Shown here piece after piece: positions 24,623 through 39,242 of a stretch of DNA of 64,000 bases. The notes under the pieces are model-generated. The model had not been told where the DNA came from. It saw nothing but the letters and a program-made list of their open reading frames with translations, and did not search any database. The position numbers and the translations under genes are program-made. Origin of the DNA: Camelus dromedarius. Taxonomy: Eukaryota. The DNA lies in contig NC_087437.1 in the NCBI RefSeq assembly GCF_036321535.1, positions 100,876,001 through 100,940,000 of the forward strand, read 5' to 3'. Each line of letters begins with the position of its first letter. The first letter of the stretch is position 1.

Positions 24623-26538
24623 CTGCTCCAAAGGAAAACGAGATAATTAGTGAGACAATTCTTCAACTCGAAGAAAATAGATCCTTTTCCTCAATTGTCT
24701 TCCAGATGTATGCAACGTGCAGCATGGCTCGCTGCAGAATAGCCACATGTAAGTGAGTGTGTACATTCTTTTACATTTTAGACAATGCTTCTAGGAAAGC
24801 CAACTTCCCCAATGACTTTTTCTAGTATTAATTAAGGTTTCTATACCTCTATGATTTAACAATGAATGACTCACAATATTGTCTGGCTTAGCACCACTGT
24901 TCAAAGCTCATGTTACCCTAGAAAAATGATTCTTTTCCTGCTTTTAAAGACCTTTATAAAATAACAGTGCTTATAGTCTCCCTTAATAATTTTTTGTCCA
25001 AGTTTATTCGACATTTTTTATAAGTTGAATCATTAACTTAATCCAAAAGATGAATTAATTAGAGACAAATAAACCTAAATGGTAGCTCTCAAATTATTTC
25101 CATCTAATCCCTGGGCTTGAGGGTTTCATAAACAATAAAATACTCTTGACTAAAAAACACACTCTCTCTCTATGTATATATATATGAATCCAATATACAT
25201 TGGAGTCCTTGAAAGTGATTCTGTTTCAAAAGAATGTCTTGTCTACAAATTTGAAAACTATGATTATGAGATCTTTTTGGAATTCTTACTTGCTTTTCAA
25301 TGATTGATGGAAATACTATGAGGTAAAATGATAAAAATGGGTTTTTCTTAGATAATGAGACACTGTAGTTTTTATTAGAAAGACAATGCAAGCTGAAAAT
25401 GGAAAAACTCCTCAAAATGCGTTTATAACTGCATATATGAAAATCATATTTGAAGTTCCTCGGTTCTTGCTAGCACGAGGCTCCTTGCCTCACTGAGACT
25501 TTCATTACTTATCTGTTCTGTGTGTGGCTCTCAAAATCCTCTCCCAGGAAACTTATACTCTAGAACTTGGTGGGATTTTGCTGAAGAACTCTGCATAATG
25601 GGTGATGGATGAGTGTGGCTGGGGAACCCTCTCCACCACTCAGCTCCTTCATTGCTATAGAAAGTACCCTCTGGAGTTTTTACCCATTGGTTGCAGTGTT
25701 CATGTGATTGCATAGCTATCTGGCCAGATTTTATAGGAAATGATTAATATAGGTCTAAAACACAGTTAGATAAGACACTTTTACTTGTAAGTTGTGTTGT
25801 TTCTGCATTTCAGTTGACCTTTCATGCATTTTCATAGTTTAATGCATGACTTATCGAGAGACAATTTCTTAATAAGTAGTTCAATAGGATATTGGCTATT
25901 ATTGGATCTTTACTATATGAGCATCTATTTTATGATCTAGGTATAATAATTTCCCCTGGAATAGTACACTTTTCCTCTATGTCTATTAAAAAATTAATGA
26001 TCAATAAATATAGGGAAAATCAACTTTGGTCAATTTTTTAAATCATTCTCAGAGACATATAGAAGCAACTAGTACTAGAGACACAGAGAAAGTAATAATG
26101 GAACATAAAATACAAATTATTTAAAAGTTTTGCATAAAACCCACAACTGTTTCTTTAGTTTGAAGTGAAATGAAACCTAATTGAACAGCTATCTATGGAC
26201 ATACGATGTGCACATAATGCATAGAAAACTGCATTAAGGGTGTTCTTAGCTCTTAGTCTACAAGGTGTAATGCTTACTGTGGTGAATTAGTATCAGTTGG
26301 AAGGAACTGCTGATGCAAAGCTATTAATCCTGGCTTGCCAAGAACACTCAAGAAGAATATTATTCTGTCGTCATTGCAAACATGCCTCATATTGGAAGCT
26401 TCAGTGAAATTCGACATTACTCTGCTGTTGTATTTTCATTTTGCTAGTTGTGAAAGTGTGACTGCACTTATTCAGAGATGCTCTCAGTCCAACGTCTTGA
26501 GCCATTTGACATTCACAACACTTCAGTCGGAGACTTAC

Positions 26539-26664
26539 CTAACAGCAAGGAATCGTCTCCTTCACCATCTCTGATTTCAACTACATCTGCAATATTTTCT
26601 AAATCAAATTCTTGAAAATGAAGCTGGATATTTTTTCCCTGTTGTGCATTTAAATTCCAAACAC
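26539..26664 (-). CDS. TMPRSS15: Enteropeptidase exon 15 (126 nt), CUB2
   Basis: ttttaag|GTGTTTGG...CTGTTAG|gtaagt; (C)VWNLNAQQGKNIQLHFQEFDLENIADVVEIRDGEGDDSLLL(A); phase 1->1. Confidence 0.97.
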
Positions 26665-27187
26665 CTTAAAAGTAATAAATAGCAACACTTAGTTTAAACA
26701 GAATTCTTTTGATTTCTCTTAAAAACTTCAATCTCTTGAGGATTTCAAATCACTTTCCAAGATTTTTTCATTTTATAAAAAACAACATTCCAAGCTGTTT
26801 GTGTATGTATGTATGTGAAGAAATGTCTTGTGTAATCCAGAATATTTATAGTAAAATTTCAATTAAATATGAAATAATTTACTGTAATTGAATTTGTTTT
26901 ATTTCATATAAAATGGAATACTTTAATCGAAGCTTGCAAATAGCCTTTTACTCCTACAATCCAAAAGTTATGAATATCTAAAGTTATGGACATTCTATTT
27001 CCATTTATTTTATTTTCCATGATTAAATTCATAGGAAAAATGAGGTGATTAAAATGCAGTTTGTACGGTAACTAAACTTTAATATTCTTTTAAGTAATTG
27101 TTGCCATTATTTATATGTTGCTAGTTCATTTTGAAACAAAACTGAAGCAAAACAACACAAATTAGTATCAATAAACACTCGTTCTAC

Positions 27188-27472
27188 TTTTTATATTGAA
27201 GTCTAGTTGATTTGCAATGCTGAGGTAGTTTCTGGCATACAGCATAGTGATTTAGTCATTATATATATATATATATACACTTTTTTTCATATTATTTTTC
27301 ATTATATGTTATTATAAGATATTAAATATAGCTTCCTATGCTATATAGTAGGACCTTGTTTTTTTAATCTGTTTTATATATAGTAGTTTGTGTCTGCTAA
27401 TCCAAAACTCCTAATTTATCCCTCCCCTATGTTTTCCCTTTGGTAACCATAAGTTTGTTTTCTATGCCTGTG
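27188..27472 (-). mobile_element. LINE-1 3'UTR end, artiodactyl-type
   Basis: reverse reads ggggagggataaattaggagttttggattagcagacacaaactactatatataaaacaga...gacttcaatataa. Confidence 0.88.
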
Positions 27473-27569
27473 AAACATTTCTTTTTCTTTACTGATTCCT
27501 TAAATGATTTTGTCTTTAGATTTTGTTCTAGCCTCTTTCCTCATTCTTGATGAATATTCTCATTCACTC

Positions 27570-27884
27570 TTTTTTTAAAAATTGAAATATAGTCCATTTA
27601 CCTGTGTCAGTTTCTGGTTTATAGCATAATGTTTCAGTCATATATGTACATATATGCATTTTCATATTCTTTTTCATTATAGGTTACTACAAGATATTGA
27701 ATATAGTTCCCTGTGCCATATAAAAGAAATTTGTTGTTTATCAATTTTTTACATAATATTTAGTATTTGCAAATCTTGAACTCCCAATTTATCCCTTCCC
27801 AAGCCCTTTCTCCCCAGTAAGCAAAAGTTTGTTCACTATGTCTGTGAATCTATTTCTGTTTTGTAGAATAATTCATTTGTGTAA
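27570..27884 (-). mobile_element. LINE-1 3'UTR end, artiodactyl/camelid-type (second copy)
   Basis: reverse reads gggaagggataaattgggagttcaagatttgcaaatact...gggaactatattcaatatcttgtagtaacctataatgaaaaagaatatg. Confidence 0.88.
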
Positions 27885-27959
27885 GATCATTTTATCAACA
27901 TAGTGATAGTCTTCATTTTCTACACCCTTTTTTGAGAAGTAGATACATTTATCAACTTA

Positions 27960-28695
27960 TTTACTGTGTATGGGTGTAGGTGTCTCAGATTAAACATGTA
28001 ATAAAGGGAACACACAATTATTCCTTCTCCAACTCATTCTTGTTTTCATTCTTTCTGTCTCAGCAAACGGTACCACTAATCATCCACTCACAGAAACCTC
28101 TGCATCTTCCTTGACCTCCTCTCTCCTGCCACATCCAGCCAGTCTCCAAGGCCTGCCAACACTACCTCCTAAATCCTTGGATTCCCACTCCCTTCTCAGT
28201 CTCCACTGCCACCCTCTGAGTTCAAGCCACTGTTATTTTCATTTCCTAACTGGTGATGCGGGTGGCTCTCCTCCCTCACCATCTCTCTGATCTCACAGCC
28301 AGATGGCTCCATCTAAAAAGGAAACTTGATTGTATCACTATTTTCCTGTAAACCATTTAAAGTCTCCTCAGTGCTCACAGAATAAAATCCAAACTGCTTA
28401 ACATGGTGTGAAATACCTTCACACCTCAATTTTCTCATTTGTTATCATTAATTAATTCTGCTTGGAGATTCAGGAATAAATCAAGGTCATCTACCTGTAA
28501 ACTTTTGTAGGCTGAGAACCTTCCATGTCCCTCCACAGCCTCCCGTTTTTGCCCTTATTTTAACAGTACGTTAGACATTTTGTAATGCCTGACAACTTAT
28601 CTGAGTCTTTATCTAGACTGCATTATGTTTGTTTCTTCTTTGCTTACCTTAATGCCTAACAAAGTAATCAATAAATATTTGTTGAATAAAAAAAT
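27960..28695 (+). mobile_element. LINE-2 3' fragment
   Basis: catcttccttgacctcctctctcc...cacagaataaaatccaaactgcttaacatgg..., ends caataaatatttgttgaataaa. Confidence 0.8.
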
Positions 28696-29434
28696 AAATT
28701 TAATACATTTCTCCAAACTGTTTTTTCAGTGTTCCACTAATTTTTGGATATTTTTAGATCATTATTTTGTACAAATGACATACTTGAAAGAGATTTTCAA
28801 TGTGAAGTAGAGATGATAATCTCTAGTTCCCCATATAAGTCAAATTAGATTAATGGCTGTTCATTTTTTTGAGTCCAATATCTCTTCATCATAGTGATCC
28901 TGTTCTCCTATGGAAGTGACCCTTATCTCTGGATCATTTAAAGGAAGAGAAGTTGAAATTTTCTAAGAACACATTTTTCACTGCCACTGAGACCTTTTTT
29001 TCTACTGGTAGAATTTTCTATTTAGATTGGCGGTGTAGCCATAGAAGGCAGAAGAACATGTCTGTTTCCTAGAACTACTGGAGTGGAATCTTTGTGGGAT
29101 GAGCTGGGGAATCAGCATCTTTAACGCAAGCAATCCCTATGCAGCTCTAACGAGCTTTTGTATTTAGAACTGTGACCTAGAGATAAGCTTTGTATACTTT
29201 TAGCATACTAGTCTGGTCGTCTCTCTAGTCTTAGAAATTTTCAGTGAGTCTCGTTAGTTCATCTTTTATACTGGAAATCTAATCACATTATCTAGCTGTC
29301 TGTTTTACTAACTTTGGTCTTTATTTACAAAAGGCGTGGCTGTCTCCATTGGCTTTTTATACTTTACACTGACTTTATTTTATGGAACTGCAAACTTGTT
29401 TTATTCACTACAGGCATTAGATGCATAATCAAGG

Positions 29435-29620
29435 AGTGTGGTATCTGGAGTAAGGCTGGCTCTTTTGCTTACTGTTTTTCTGCAACTTTTAAATTGGAGG
29501 ATTATGATAATATCACCTGTTTTAAAGAATGATTGTGAGAACTGACTGAAATAAGGTATATTAAGCACAAGCGCAGTGACTGGCATAAAATAAATGCTGA
29601 AAAAGGTAGCAATTAATTAC
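29435..29620 (+). mobile_element. MIR SINE (degenerate)
   Basis: gattgtgagaactgactgaaataagg...agcacaagcgcagtgactggcataaaataaatgct. Confidence 0.55.
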
Positions 29621-29777
29621 GGTTACTCTTGTCATCACTATATTAAGCAATCTCATAGATGTGGTAGTTGTGTACAGAAATGGCAAATTTATAATCTACT
29701 GTGCTGTATCAAGAGGAGAATCTAACTTTGATATAGACATTTTTTTTTTCTCATGGCCTGAAAAAGAAATGACTCAC

Positions 29778-29867
29778 AGGAAGCCTGGTTAGGGTAGTTG
29801 TTTGGGAAGTTCATCGAAGTGAATGTTGTATTGGGCTCCCACAGTTCAAAAGGTCCTCCACAGTCCG
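29778..29867 (-). CDS. TMPRSS15: Enteropeptidase exon 14 (90 nt), start of CUB2
   Basis: ttttttag|CGGACTGT...GCTTCCT|gtgagt; (T)DCGGPFELWEPNTTFTSMNFPNNYPNQAS(C); phase 1->1. Confidence 0.97.
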
Positions 29868-32800
29868 CTAAAAAATAAAGCAGAGAAAAACCATTAGTAA
29901 CATAAGGTTAATTTCAGAGACATAATACTATATGCCAGCAAATTTCCACTTATGTATCTTGGAATATTCGTTTTGACAGACACATTTTAGAATGTGTGTC
30001 AGGGAAAATCATGCCTCTTAAATAAGGGGGAAAATATAGGTAAATAAATCTCCTTACTGAAGAACTTCTCAAAATCTGAAATATTCTTATGTTCTTTGTG
30101 ATTCTCCAAGAAGGAATAGCACTGTTCAGTATTTCCCAAAATTATTTGGGCAAGGAAACAATTTGGATGAGCATCCTTTGTAAATAGACTTCATGCGATA
30201 AGGTATCAACCCTCTGCTGCAGATAAAAAAATGAATCTTCATAGTAGAATGAATTTTGTATCTGCCAATCTCTTATCAGAAGGGCTAATAAATCACTAAT
30301 CATGATATTTCTTGTTTTTCTACTTTCTTTTCTTTTTTTTTTCTACTTTTTTCTTTCAGTAGAGAGGAAGCTTCACCATCCTGAATATTGTACTGTGGCA
30401 TTTGGCCATCAAGAAAGGGAGACAAACAAAATCTCTACTTGCTAAATAATTGCCCTAGACTGTCCAGGAGTCAAGTTGGGACTGAACTTAATGCTGATTT
30501 ATTAGAAAAACAGAGCACAGATCTTTCAGTTAATAGTTTGATTTTTCAAATGGGTAGGTTGAATTTATGAAGTTCTGGAGTTTATATTTATCTGACTTAT
30601 TAACAGAAAATTCTAAAGTACTGTAAAAATTCATCAACTACTTTAAGTATCCTAATTTTATCTTATTTTTTATTACCATGTTACATTTAAAATGAAAAGA
30701 ATAAAAGTAACCTAATTAGAAGAATATAGAAAACCGACATAAGTATATATTTTCCCAATCATTAAAGACAGATGATAGAAGAATTATTTACACTCAATAA
30801 TAAACATCAGATTACAGGAGGGAAAATTAAGTGTCTCTACATTTATGGCAGTGAGTTCAGTCATATCCTCTTCTTTGATCCCTCTTTTACATGTTACTTG
30901 CCTCATTTATATAGATCCCTTCAACCCATGTGCATCTTCCAAACTTGTATGTAATAATCCTCTTAGATTTGGGTGTTATGATATGCACAGTGGGACAGAG
31001 AGAGGCAGTTGCTGTGGCTCAGAGTAGTATCATTGCCAACATATCCTGTTTGCAAGGTGACAAGCCTTGGTCTGCCTTATATGCCCTCCTGGGCCAGGCT
31101 TGTCCCAAGCCAGATGAGCTTAGCAAGAATAATAAGACCTCTTACAAAACCTTATTGTTTGCAAAGTTTCCATGCACATTGTCTCATCTGGGGAGAGAAG
31201 ATGGTGTATAAAAGAAAGATGTGTTGAAGCTGGTGGATTAAAATTGTTGCTCTGAGTTAGTTATTTGTCTTTTTGAGACTGGATTTGCTTGTATATAAAA
31301 GATATATGTATATATATTAGAGATTTTCAGGGTCGTTGTAAAAATCAGACATAATTTATGAAAAGTGCCTACACATTACCTGGCATACTCAGTACTGGTT
31401 TCCAATGCATCCTTGTGAATTAGGTAATTATTATTACTATTTCAATTTTAAATGGACAATCTGGGCATTGGAGGTATTCCGTTACTTGCTAATGCTGTGC
31501 ATATAAACAGTATAAAGTCAAGACTTCAACTCAGTTAACCTCAAGCTCATCTCACAGTACGTTACTGTCTCTTACTGGTTGATCAAATGAAATTATTTCA
31601 ACCATGTGGTCCAAGCCATAGGCAGGGTTTAGACTGAGTCTCAGTAAGTGGCACTTGGTGGGTATGTGATGTTTACTTGGGTACATGACAAAGAGGAGGA
31701 CAGAAGGGAACACAGATGAGAGCACTAACAAGTAAGGTCAACAATGGGTAGGTCTGGAAGGAAGAAAGCAGTGAACACAGGGTGCTGAAGAAGGCACTGG
31801 AACCAAAGAAAGAGTAATGATGCACAACAAGGGCAAGTGCATCTTCTGGAAGGGGTGAGGGAAAGTCTGAGGAGACTACATGCTCCCACAGCAGCTGTGC
31901 TTCTGAGCTAATCCTCTCCTTGATCATGTGACTCACTGTCTTGCAAAGACTTCTGAAAAAAGATTCACTATAATCCCTCAACTCCCGTGTACACAATGCA
32001 TGTAATTTTAGCAATTCTAGGTGCCATGCAATGCTTCCTTGTCTTCTCAAGGGAAATAATGGAGAAGGGAAAGTGTAGCTGCAGGGACAAACATAAAACT
32101 GCAGATTAAAGACTGAGGAACACCAGCTCTTTCTAGTTCATAGATTGAGTCACGGCCAGCGTGGCCATTGATGCGGTGGGGGCTGGGGGGTGTTGTTGTT
32201 TAAGCATTCTCATTTTCTCTTCAAGGAACAGGAAAATGTCAAAATCATATACTCCTAATACAGTAAATAGTAACCAACTTGGAGAAGGTACTGAATGTTC
32301 ACCTCTCTGAACACTTGGGCAGTACCTTACAGTACTTGACAGTACTCATTTGTAGACGAGTAGGTGAGACTTGAATAAACACACAGCCAGAGCTAAAATG
32401 TTGTCAAGTGTGACTGTTAAGTATGTCAAGGTATGAAGTTGACTTAGCATTTCTCCACTGAATAGAAACCTTGGAAAATCCATCGCTTTAAAATACTTTT
32501 AAAAATAATAAAATACTTAAATAATTTTTGAAATACATTGCAAACATAATTTTATATCAAATAACTGATCAGTAAGATAGCTCTGATCCTTGGCTTTATA
32601 AGCTATATCAGTTACTCTCTGTATGTAGATGATTGTAAGGGACTGGCAAAAGCTCTTTCAGACATTCTAAACATGACGACACAATTTATTTTCATGGTGG
32701 TGCTGCTATAATGGACATGCAGCATGTGCTTCTCAACAGAAGAGCCCAAAACTCATGAAATTCTGGAGATCACAGTCATGCTGTGTCATTTAGTAAATCA

Positions 32801-35800
32801 TCTTCACCCAGAGATCAAGAGTTAAATAGCCTGCGTGGTACAGGGAACTCTGCACATTCACGGTTGTTAAATTCTTCCATTTTTCTTTTTCTTGGCACTG
32901 TTCTCTCAAAGATTTGTATTCTGATTAATTTCTTACTATGCCAATAGGGATTTCCACTACATGAAATATGTAAATAATGTGCAGCATCTTGTAAACTGGT
33001 TGTCCAGGATAGATATTTTTCGTGAGGCATGTCATTTTTAATCCACGCTCTGGCATAATGAGATATGTGTCAATGTGGAGGCTTACACTGTAGGGTGGAA
33101 GGAAGGGGAGGCCAGCTTTCACTTGCAGTAGGAGGGTTCAAATTAATTTACAAGATATTTGTAACATGAAATAAGGATGATAAAAGTAAGTTGCTGATGG
33201 GTACTCTTATGCGAAGGAAATAATAAGTAAATTTTAAGTTAAAATATCTCACATTGATGTTTGAATATGTTAAAAGTGGCTGATTTTCCAAATCAGCAAT
33301 TATTTTTTATTATCAGAGTAACAGATAACAAGCCCTACAGTATTACAGACAACATTTTAAAAGCTGAGGTTGTAAAATGAAAAGAAAATCTGGGGTTCAG
33401 TTTGTCAAAATTTATATTTCTGTGAACAGGTTATGGTGATCAGCCATGATATAAATATTTTTTATTACAATTTGTGGCAATGTAGTTCAAATTTTATTCC
33501 TTGTGGTTTAAATTTTATTTGTCGTTAATAGCAATCTAGCCAATAATAACTCTAATAAATAAGCTATTCGTTTTGAAGGTAAGAAGATGAAAACAGAAGA
33601 GCCCAAAACACACTGAGTTAGGAATGTATGAGTGCAGTTGATGTGGGATTTGCTGAGGGCTTGAATATCAAGTCATACTAATAGTATAAAAGACCAGCAG
33701 CTCGACTTGAACGTGGTCATCAATTACAAGGGAATTAAATAGGTACTGATTTATTTTTTACAGGAATAACCAAAATTAAAAATTATTTCACTCTAAGTAT
33801 AATATCAAGCCTATGAAACTTCACATAAACTTTTATTTTGTCTTTAGAAATGGAAAATGGCCTAATGATGGCAGAATTGAGCAAAATGTAGAAATAGAGT
33901 GACTACTACAATAGCTAAAACTAGCTTGTCCTTTTTCTGCCTTAATTAGTTTTAACAGTCTGGAAGTAAGTCAGGGGCTGAAATGTGGATTTCTTTTTGT
34001 ATATATCTAGTACTATTACTCAGTGCGAACTTGCCATGAATCATCCCAACTGTGTTGCAAATTGGCATTATATTTGTGCAATGGAATGTTAACTTTTTTA
34101 AAGTAGGCTCAATACAAGCCCAACATTTAAATTATTTGTGCTAATGTCACAAGGCAAAAATCATAGAGCTGGTGCAGCAGCAGATTAACATCACAAAATG
34201 GAAGACTCCCTAAGGTTATGGAAACTGAATTTACCTTTCCCCAAACGAGGCACTACCTGGAGCAACAGAAAAAACTGGCCTTTGCGAGTTAGTTACTTGA
34301 CTGAGGTTATTTTCTTCTTTAAATGCTCTTTAAGAGCCAAAGACAAGGCTATTAGCCAGTCAGCCATAGTTTCCCTTTGTTTCTGCTTAAACAAGTCAGT
34401 GATCTGGAACTAGAAAAGCTCTGCTCAAATAAGAATTTCACTGAACCAGTTGCAAATGGCATTAGAATGAAATTGTTCAGAATGCATTTGATGGTAATTA
34501 ACATTTTCTGCTGTGCTAAATATTGCCCTGAAGTGAACCACTTGGAAACTGGAACAAATATTCTCTGGGCAAATCTGAAAGTTTATATTTTAAAATCAGA
34601 TGGTTATTCTACCGTTACAATTTCCCTATTGTGAAAATATGCAGGGATATCATGCTTCCTTGACCTCGAGGTATTACCTTTTCTCTTTCCGATTGGAATA
34701 GATATGAGGACTGTGTGGGTTAGATAAAGTTTTAATATAGAGAATCATATTTATAGTTTTATTTACATATGTATGATTTTATGCCCAAAAGTTGCCTCGA
34801 ATTTTCTATTTCATATAATGATGAGGTTTTGCTACTTTTAAAATATTGATCCTATGAAACTATGTTACTTTCACCTAAAATTTTTTTCTTCTTGACCACT
34901 TATTGATTGGTGAATAGAGGAACATATCGGCAGAAAGGATTATGAAGACAATCTGTTTTATTAAATGACTGCAATATCGAAATAGCAAGATGTTGCAACT
35001 GTCTGGTATCCATAGCAATTATTTATCAGACCAGCAGTGATTTTAAAGATTATAATTTTTTTGCATGGAAATGTTTTATATAATAGACAGAAACAGTGTG
35101 GGACACCTACAGAAAATGGAGACAATTTTTTCTTAAACAATGCCGTGAAGCCCAAATTATTGCATTCATGTTGGTATTCTCTACATCCGTAACCTCACCA
35201 TCATTTCCAAGCTTTGATTCTGGTATCAAAATTTTGTTTGGCAAAAATGTTTGTGTCACTGAAAGAAACATACAGCCAAAATAAAAGGAGAGAGAAAGAG
35301 AGAGAGAGACTTAGTTCACACCTAATAGTATTTATTGATGATCTATTTATGTGATAGAGCCAGTCAGACACTGGTGAAGCAAAGATGAATTAGATTGAGT
35401 TTGATGTCAAGAAAAATTCTTGCAACAATTTCGTGGCCAATATTATTATGTGGGAATGCATGCTACTGTCCTGCTTTTGTTTCAGTTTTATGAGTTTCAT
35501 TCTGTCTCTCAATCTTACTGCTTCCTTAAAGATTTCTCCACTCTATACTCTCTTCTCCAAAGTCCTCTATCACTTAATCCTCTCATTTATAATATTTAGG
35601 GGCATATAGTTATATGTTGTTTTTAATATTGATTAATTTGTAAATTTATATGATATAGATTATGTATTTTTCATCTAGCAGTGGTTATTGCTAAGCTTAC
35701 ATTTCTTGTGCAGTGCTCTGCATGTAGTAGACATCTATAAAGTGTGAATGGATGTTCGAAATATTGAGGAGTTTACGTATAACCCATACACGTATCTAAA

Positions 35801-37074
35801 CATGTTAATACACACAATGGTAAATGTAAACCAGCCTTTCGGTGGGATGTAACTGCTCATCATGGAACAAGTATGATAGTGTGATGTCTCTCCTCATCTT
35901 AATGGCTGCCCATTTGTTTGACACGCCCAAATACTAGTTATTTGTCTTTAAAACTTCTGAGTTTTAAAAGTCAGGTTTGTTTTTTTAACTTAAAGATTAG
36001 AAGCAAGAAAAATATATAATTTTGGAAGTAAAATCAAATCTGGATAGGTTACCAGCTGATTTGCTGATGTGAATATGGGCAGACTTTCAAGGGTGTTTGG
36101 CACAAAAGGGGAAGTGGAAAACGTGCTGTGTTTCATGACAGAACTAAAACATCTATGAGATTCAATGCAAGCAAAGCTGTAGAGCTAGATGAGCTTCCAA
36201 CCAGCATTATCCAAAGACAAAAGGGATGCTTTTGCATCAAAGCTACAATGTACTGAAAACATCCCAATAGAGGGACAATAGGTAATAGATGTTTGATATC
36301 ATATATCAATACACAGACACACATATATAGTTTATATGTTTGTTTGTTTTTGCTCAAATCCCATAGTCTGAATCTGAAGGTGGTATGAAGTGATTTCTCT
36401 GTTGACATAAGATGGTTGGTAATATATCTTTTGCTTCTGAGATGTCACGATCCCACTTTGAGTTTAGAACACAGGTAAACACAAGCTCCATTTTGTTCGT
36501 TTGAGATAAAAAAAAAAAAGGTCCCAGAGGACATGGGAAATCCTGCTCACTGCTATTGCAAGGTCTTACAAAGGCACCATTTTAGGACACAAATCTTTTG
36601 TGTGATCTATGTATTCAAATTCCAGGCACAATCATTATTATTAAATTATTCTGGAAATAAGCTTGGTGGGTTTCAGGCTTAACCAAACTCTTCTTGAGAT
36701 CTTAACATCACTCTTTAAGAAGGCTATGAGAATCTTAAGGCTTCTTCCCAAAAGATTACAGGCCATGCTACATGGCGAATAAAGTATTAGTTTGTATTAA
36801 ATTGAAAATGAAATGGAAATCAGCACCTTAATTATTTTCAAAAATGGAAATATACTAAAATTATCAACAATATGAGCATAACAAAGTGATTTCACTGTGA
36901 ATTTATATATAACATGTAATATTTTACTAGTTTCCATTTTACATATATTTTAAAGTTTTTGATTTTCAGTGACAAAATAATACTAGGGCAAGATAATAAA
37001 AAATAAGCCAGAAAGAGATTGGCTTAAAAATATTAATAACTGAATTATGGAAAACACATGTTAAGGTTACTTAC

Positions 37075-37210
37075 TAGGAAGTTCTGGTGGAGGAGTTGGG
37101 ACCAAGGTTGGTTCTGGATAAAGACTCACATTGCAAATCCCATATGTTAGGCTAATATCATCCAATGCTATATCACTCAGGTATGCATTTTTAAATGCAT
37201 TAAAAACAAC
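37075..37210 (-). CDS. TMPRSS15: Enteropeptidase exon 13 (136 nt), end of MAM plus Pro/Thr linker
   Basis: attacag|GTTGTTTTT...CTTCCTA|gtaagt; VVFNAFKNAYLSDIALDDISLTYGICNVSLYPEPTLVPTPPPELP(T); MAM motif DIALDDI; phase 0->1. Confidence 0.97.
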
Positions 37211-39242
37211 CTGTAATTCAGAGAGGCATACAATCATTTCATAAAATGATTCCACCTTAATCTTCTCTGCGTTGATTTTTTGTGTCTGTGTCCTCTGGAG
37301 AATCAATATTGCCATGTCCAAATAAATGTGGACTAGTCATCGCATAGAGAAATATTGATGAATCATGTTTTTTAAGGTCCTTCAGCTGAGCCCAACTCCC
37401 TAATTATAATACAAGTGCTCATAATACAAGTCTGAATTTTCTCTAGTGTTTTTTTTCTTTGTTAGGCAACATTGTCAGAGTTTCTCTCTGTCTCTATCTC
37501 TATCTTTCTCTTGTGATATTGTCATACTCCACTGCACCCCACCATATATACACAGATCATCTGTCAGGGGAGAGCATTCTTCTTTTAGGTTCTTCCCCCA
37601 CCAATATTAAAAATCCAGGTAGCTGTTTGCTTTCTTAGAGCACACAAACCCTGAAGAGAATACACACTGATTAGATAATTTAGATGAGAGAAGAAGGAAA
37701 TAAGAGAAAATATGAGTATGATACAGCTACCCAGGGCTAGCTGGCATGGATCAGAGTTCACCCAGGAAGCTGGTGAGGGTGATGCTCAGAGGACACAGAC
37801 ACAGGCTTGGGAGAAAGGTCCAGTGCAGATGAAACATATTAGGTTTTTAAGGACAGTGGGTATTTTTAGCTGGATTTTCCTGTATCCTCTCCTGTTTAGG
37901 AAAGGAAAGACATAAGCTGAATTCCTGTCATATGTTAATTGTCATGTGAGGCACGTTGCATACATTATCTCATTTAATTTTTCCAACGCTGATGTACAGT
38001 TATCTGTTCACTCATTTGTTCATTCATTGCACCTACTTCATGACAGATACTTTTCCAAATAGGAAGTATCTTCTCCTTTTCTCCCCCTTTCACATATGCA
38101 CAAGCTGAATCTCAAAGACACTAAGGAACTTGCTCAAGATTTCACAACAAAGTGACAAAGCCTAGGTGCAAATATTTGTAGAACTTGGCACTCTCACACT
38201 GCGTGATGAGCTCATTTTGAAAATGTGGATGCAGTTTTATTACCTTTAAAAAAATTCTTGGTGAGTTGAGCCAGATTTGGTCACTGCAATACTTATTTCC
38301 CTGCTGCTGCCATCTTATTATTACCTTGGTGTTCCATTTTCCTTTACCCTTTCTGGAGTGATCAAAAAACCAACAAAGATGGAGCAGACAACTTCACAGA
38401 AGAAATATAGGAACAGAAGAAAGAAGAAAAAGGAAAAGAAGGAAAAAGAAAGATGAGAGGACTAGAGTTGAGGGTCATTGATTATTGTCTGCTTTTTATC
38501 AAGCCACAGGAAAGCACTCGGGCTTCACTGATGACAATGTCTTTCCAGATATACATCTTCTGAAAGTTATACTCTCTTGTCTGAAATTATCCAATTAAAG
38601 CATTGTTCATTTAGTCAAACTATTAGCCTAGATTATCCTATATTCTAATTGCAAACACCCTTAGGAAGAGAACACATTAAGTTGTTATGTGAAAAATTAA
38701 TTCACCCTAATGTGAAATAAATGATGAGAGACTTCCCAATGATACAGATCACAGAATTTCTTGCTACAGCAAATATATGGCAATTAAGTCAGAGTGGGGC
38801 AGGGTGGAGGGATATCAGTGAGTAAGGATGTTCTAACAGGCAAAGATGATTCCCTAGAAAAGTGCAGGGCTGATATAGGTGCTGTTTGTGAAAAGTTGGA
38901 AGATCTAGTCAGGCAGGAGACATGTAGGGTTGATCTGTGCTAAAAAGTTGCTGAAGAAAGCTGAAATATCCTTTAAGGTTTTTATAAATTTTATGGCTCA
39001 TTATAAGTAGTACTTCATGCAGTAATTTGTTCCTCAATAAGTGCTTTTTAATAAGTCAATGAATAAGTGAAAATAGAGGCACTTAAAGAGTTTTTTTTAG
39101 AAAGGAGGAAGATTAGGAAAGTAGAGAAAGTGCCTTGGCTACGTTCAGAAACTGAGTTAGTTTTTTTCACCGTATTACCATAAACTTTAACTATTTTCGT
39201 AATACAAATACATGATTAGAAGTTATAAAGTATTTTGCCAAC

